Part shown: positions 62,976 through 64,000 of the stretch, one piece after another
Numbering within the stretch: the stretch's first letter is position 1
Layout: every line of letters starts with the position of its first letter
Assembly (NCBI RefSeq): GCF_009914755.1
Contig: NC_060927.1
Strand: one strand, 5' to 3'
Length of the DNA stretch: 64,000 nt
Origin: the human T2T-CHM13v2.0 reference genome, Homo sapiens
Notes under the pieces: generated by a model
What the model saw: only the letters and a program-made list of their open reading frames with translations
Database searches by the model: none
Told to the model about the DNA's origin: nothing
Made by a program: the position numbers and the translations under genes

Positions 62976-64000
62976 CTACATGGGCAGGCTTCACAGGGTC
63001 TGAGGACTCCCTGGCACTGAAGGAAAACAACTGTCCCCAGATTCTTGTTTGAAGGCAGTTTTCTTTAGTGCATGATCAAGGGCCACAGTGAACCCAGTGG
63101 TCTGCTCTATCTAGCAACTGGGTGGTTTCCATAATGCAGTCCACAAATGTAAGATAAATTATAAGAAATTTGAAATTTAGAAATTACCAGGTGCCATCCC
63201 TTTGTCTCTGCAAACCTCATATTAACAGTGTGGTTGGTCTTTACTGATGTTTAGTTTGATATAGTCTGTTACAATAAATACATTTTCACATTTTGGGGGT
63301 GTTATTGTTTACATTAAATTGACATTTTTATCCTATTATATAGTGTTAACCTTTGAATTGAAATACAACAAAAGTGAAATTACAACATGAAATAATGTTA
63401 TAAACCTAAATGATGAATGAGAACTTTGGAATCAGTAGAGCATAAATTCAGATGTTCTAAAAAAAAAAAAAAAGTGAATTTTCAAAGATAAATATTTTAC
63501 ACACGCAGATGGGGGAAAAGCACGGCAAGGAAGTCTGATGTGTATTAAAAGCTATATTTTACTGGACCTGCAATCTATTTGTCCCTACTCCAGATCATCA
63601 ATTGAATGGAAACTCAGCTAAGCACAGCCATGTAAGTTTTGGCACCTCTTCTATACAGTGCACCTTGTCACTTCCAGCAAAACAATCCAGTCTTCCTGAC
63701 AAATGCGAAATTATCACAAAATTATCAGATTACAAAAGTGAACTAATTTTGTCACTAAAGGCAGTGACATAGAATGACAGACGCATCAAAGTTATACCTC
63801 CTGTGGCCAAAAAAAGGCATAAGTCTCACACAACTGCTAAGATGCTTATAAAAACAAAAACAAAACTGAGTTTCAAGGCTGAAAATAAACAAACTTGAAA
63901 GTAGAATGAACTACCGTCAAAATTTCCTTATCAAATGACAAGGTCTGATAACCCATATCATCAATGATACATAGTGCAGAAAAGCAATTATTACAGCATG

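Overview
Primate (almost certainly human) genomic DNA inside the 3' part of ULK4 on the minus strand. Two coding exons are present (62539-62705, 167 nt; 54949-55047, 99 nt). Everything else is intron, mostly interspersed repeats: a nested L1/LTR/Alu pile at 1-13 kb, a full-length decayed L1PA at 23-29.4 kb, younger L1PA fragments, about 22 Alus, Tigger/MER/MADE DNA transposons, L2 and MIR. Nearly all ORFs in the supplied track are repeat-derived noise. Three structures are not explained by the ORF track: (1) a full-length FCF1/UTP24 processed pseudogene at ~853-1545 (-); (2) a 408-bp TSD-flanked, polyadenylated insert carrying an old AluJ plus an old L1 fragment at 38044-38451 (orphan 3' transduction or retrocopy of an unknown transcript end); (3) a ~255-bp inverted duplication (57710-57965 vs 58758-59022) in the intron between the two exons. 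I see no evidence for a wholly new biological system. Repeat subfamily names are from recalled consensus features and need RepeatMasker/Dfam confirmation, and boundaries of old repeats are approximate.
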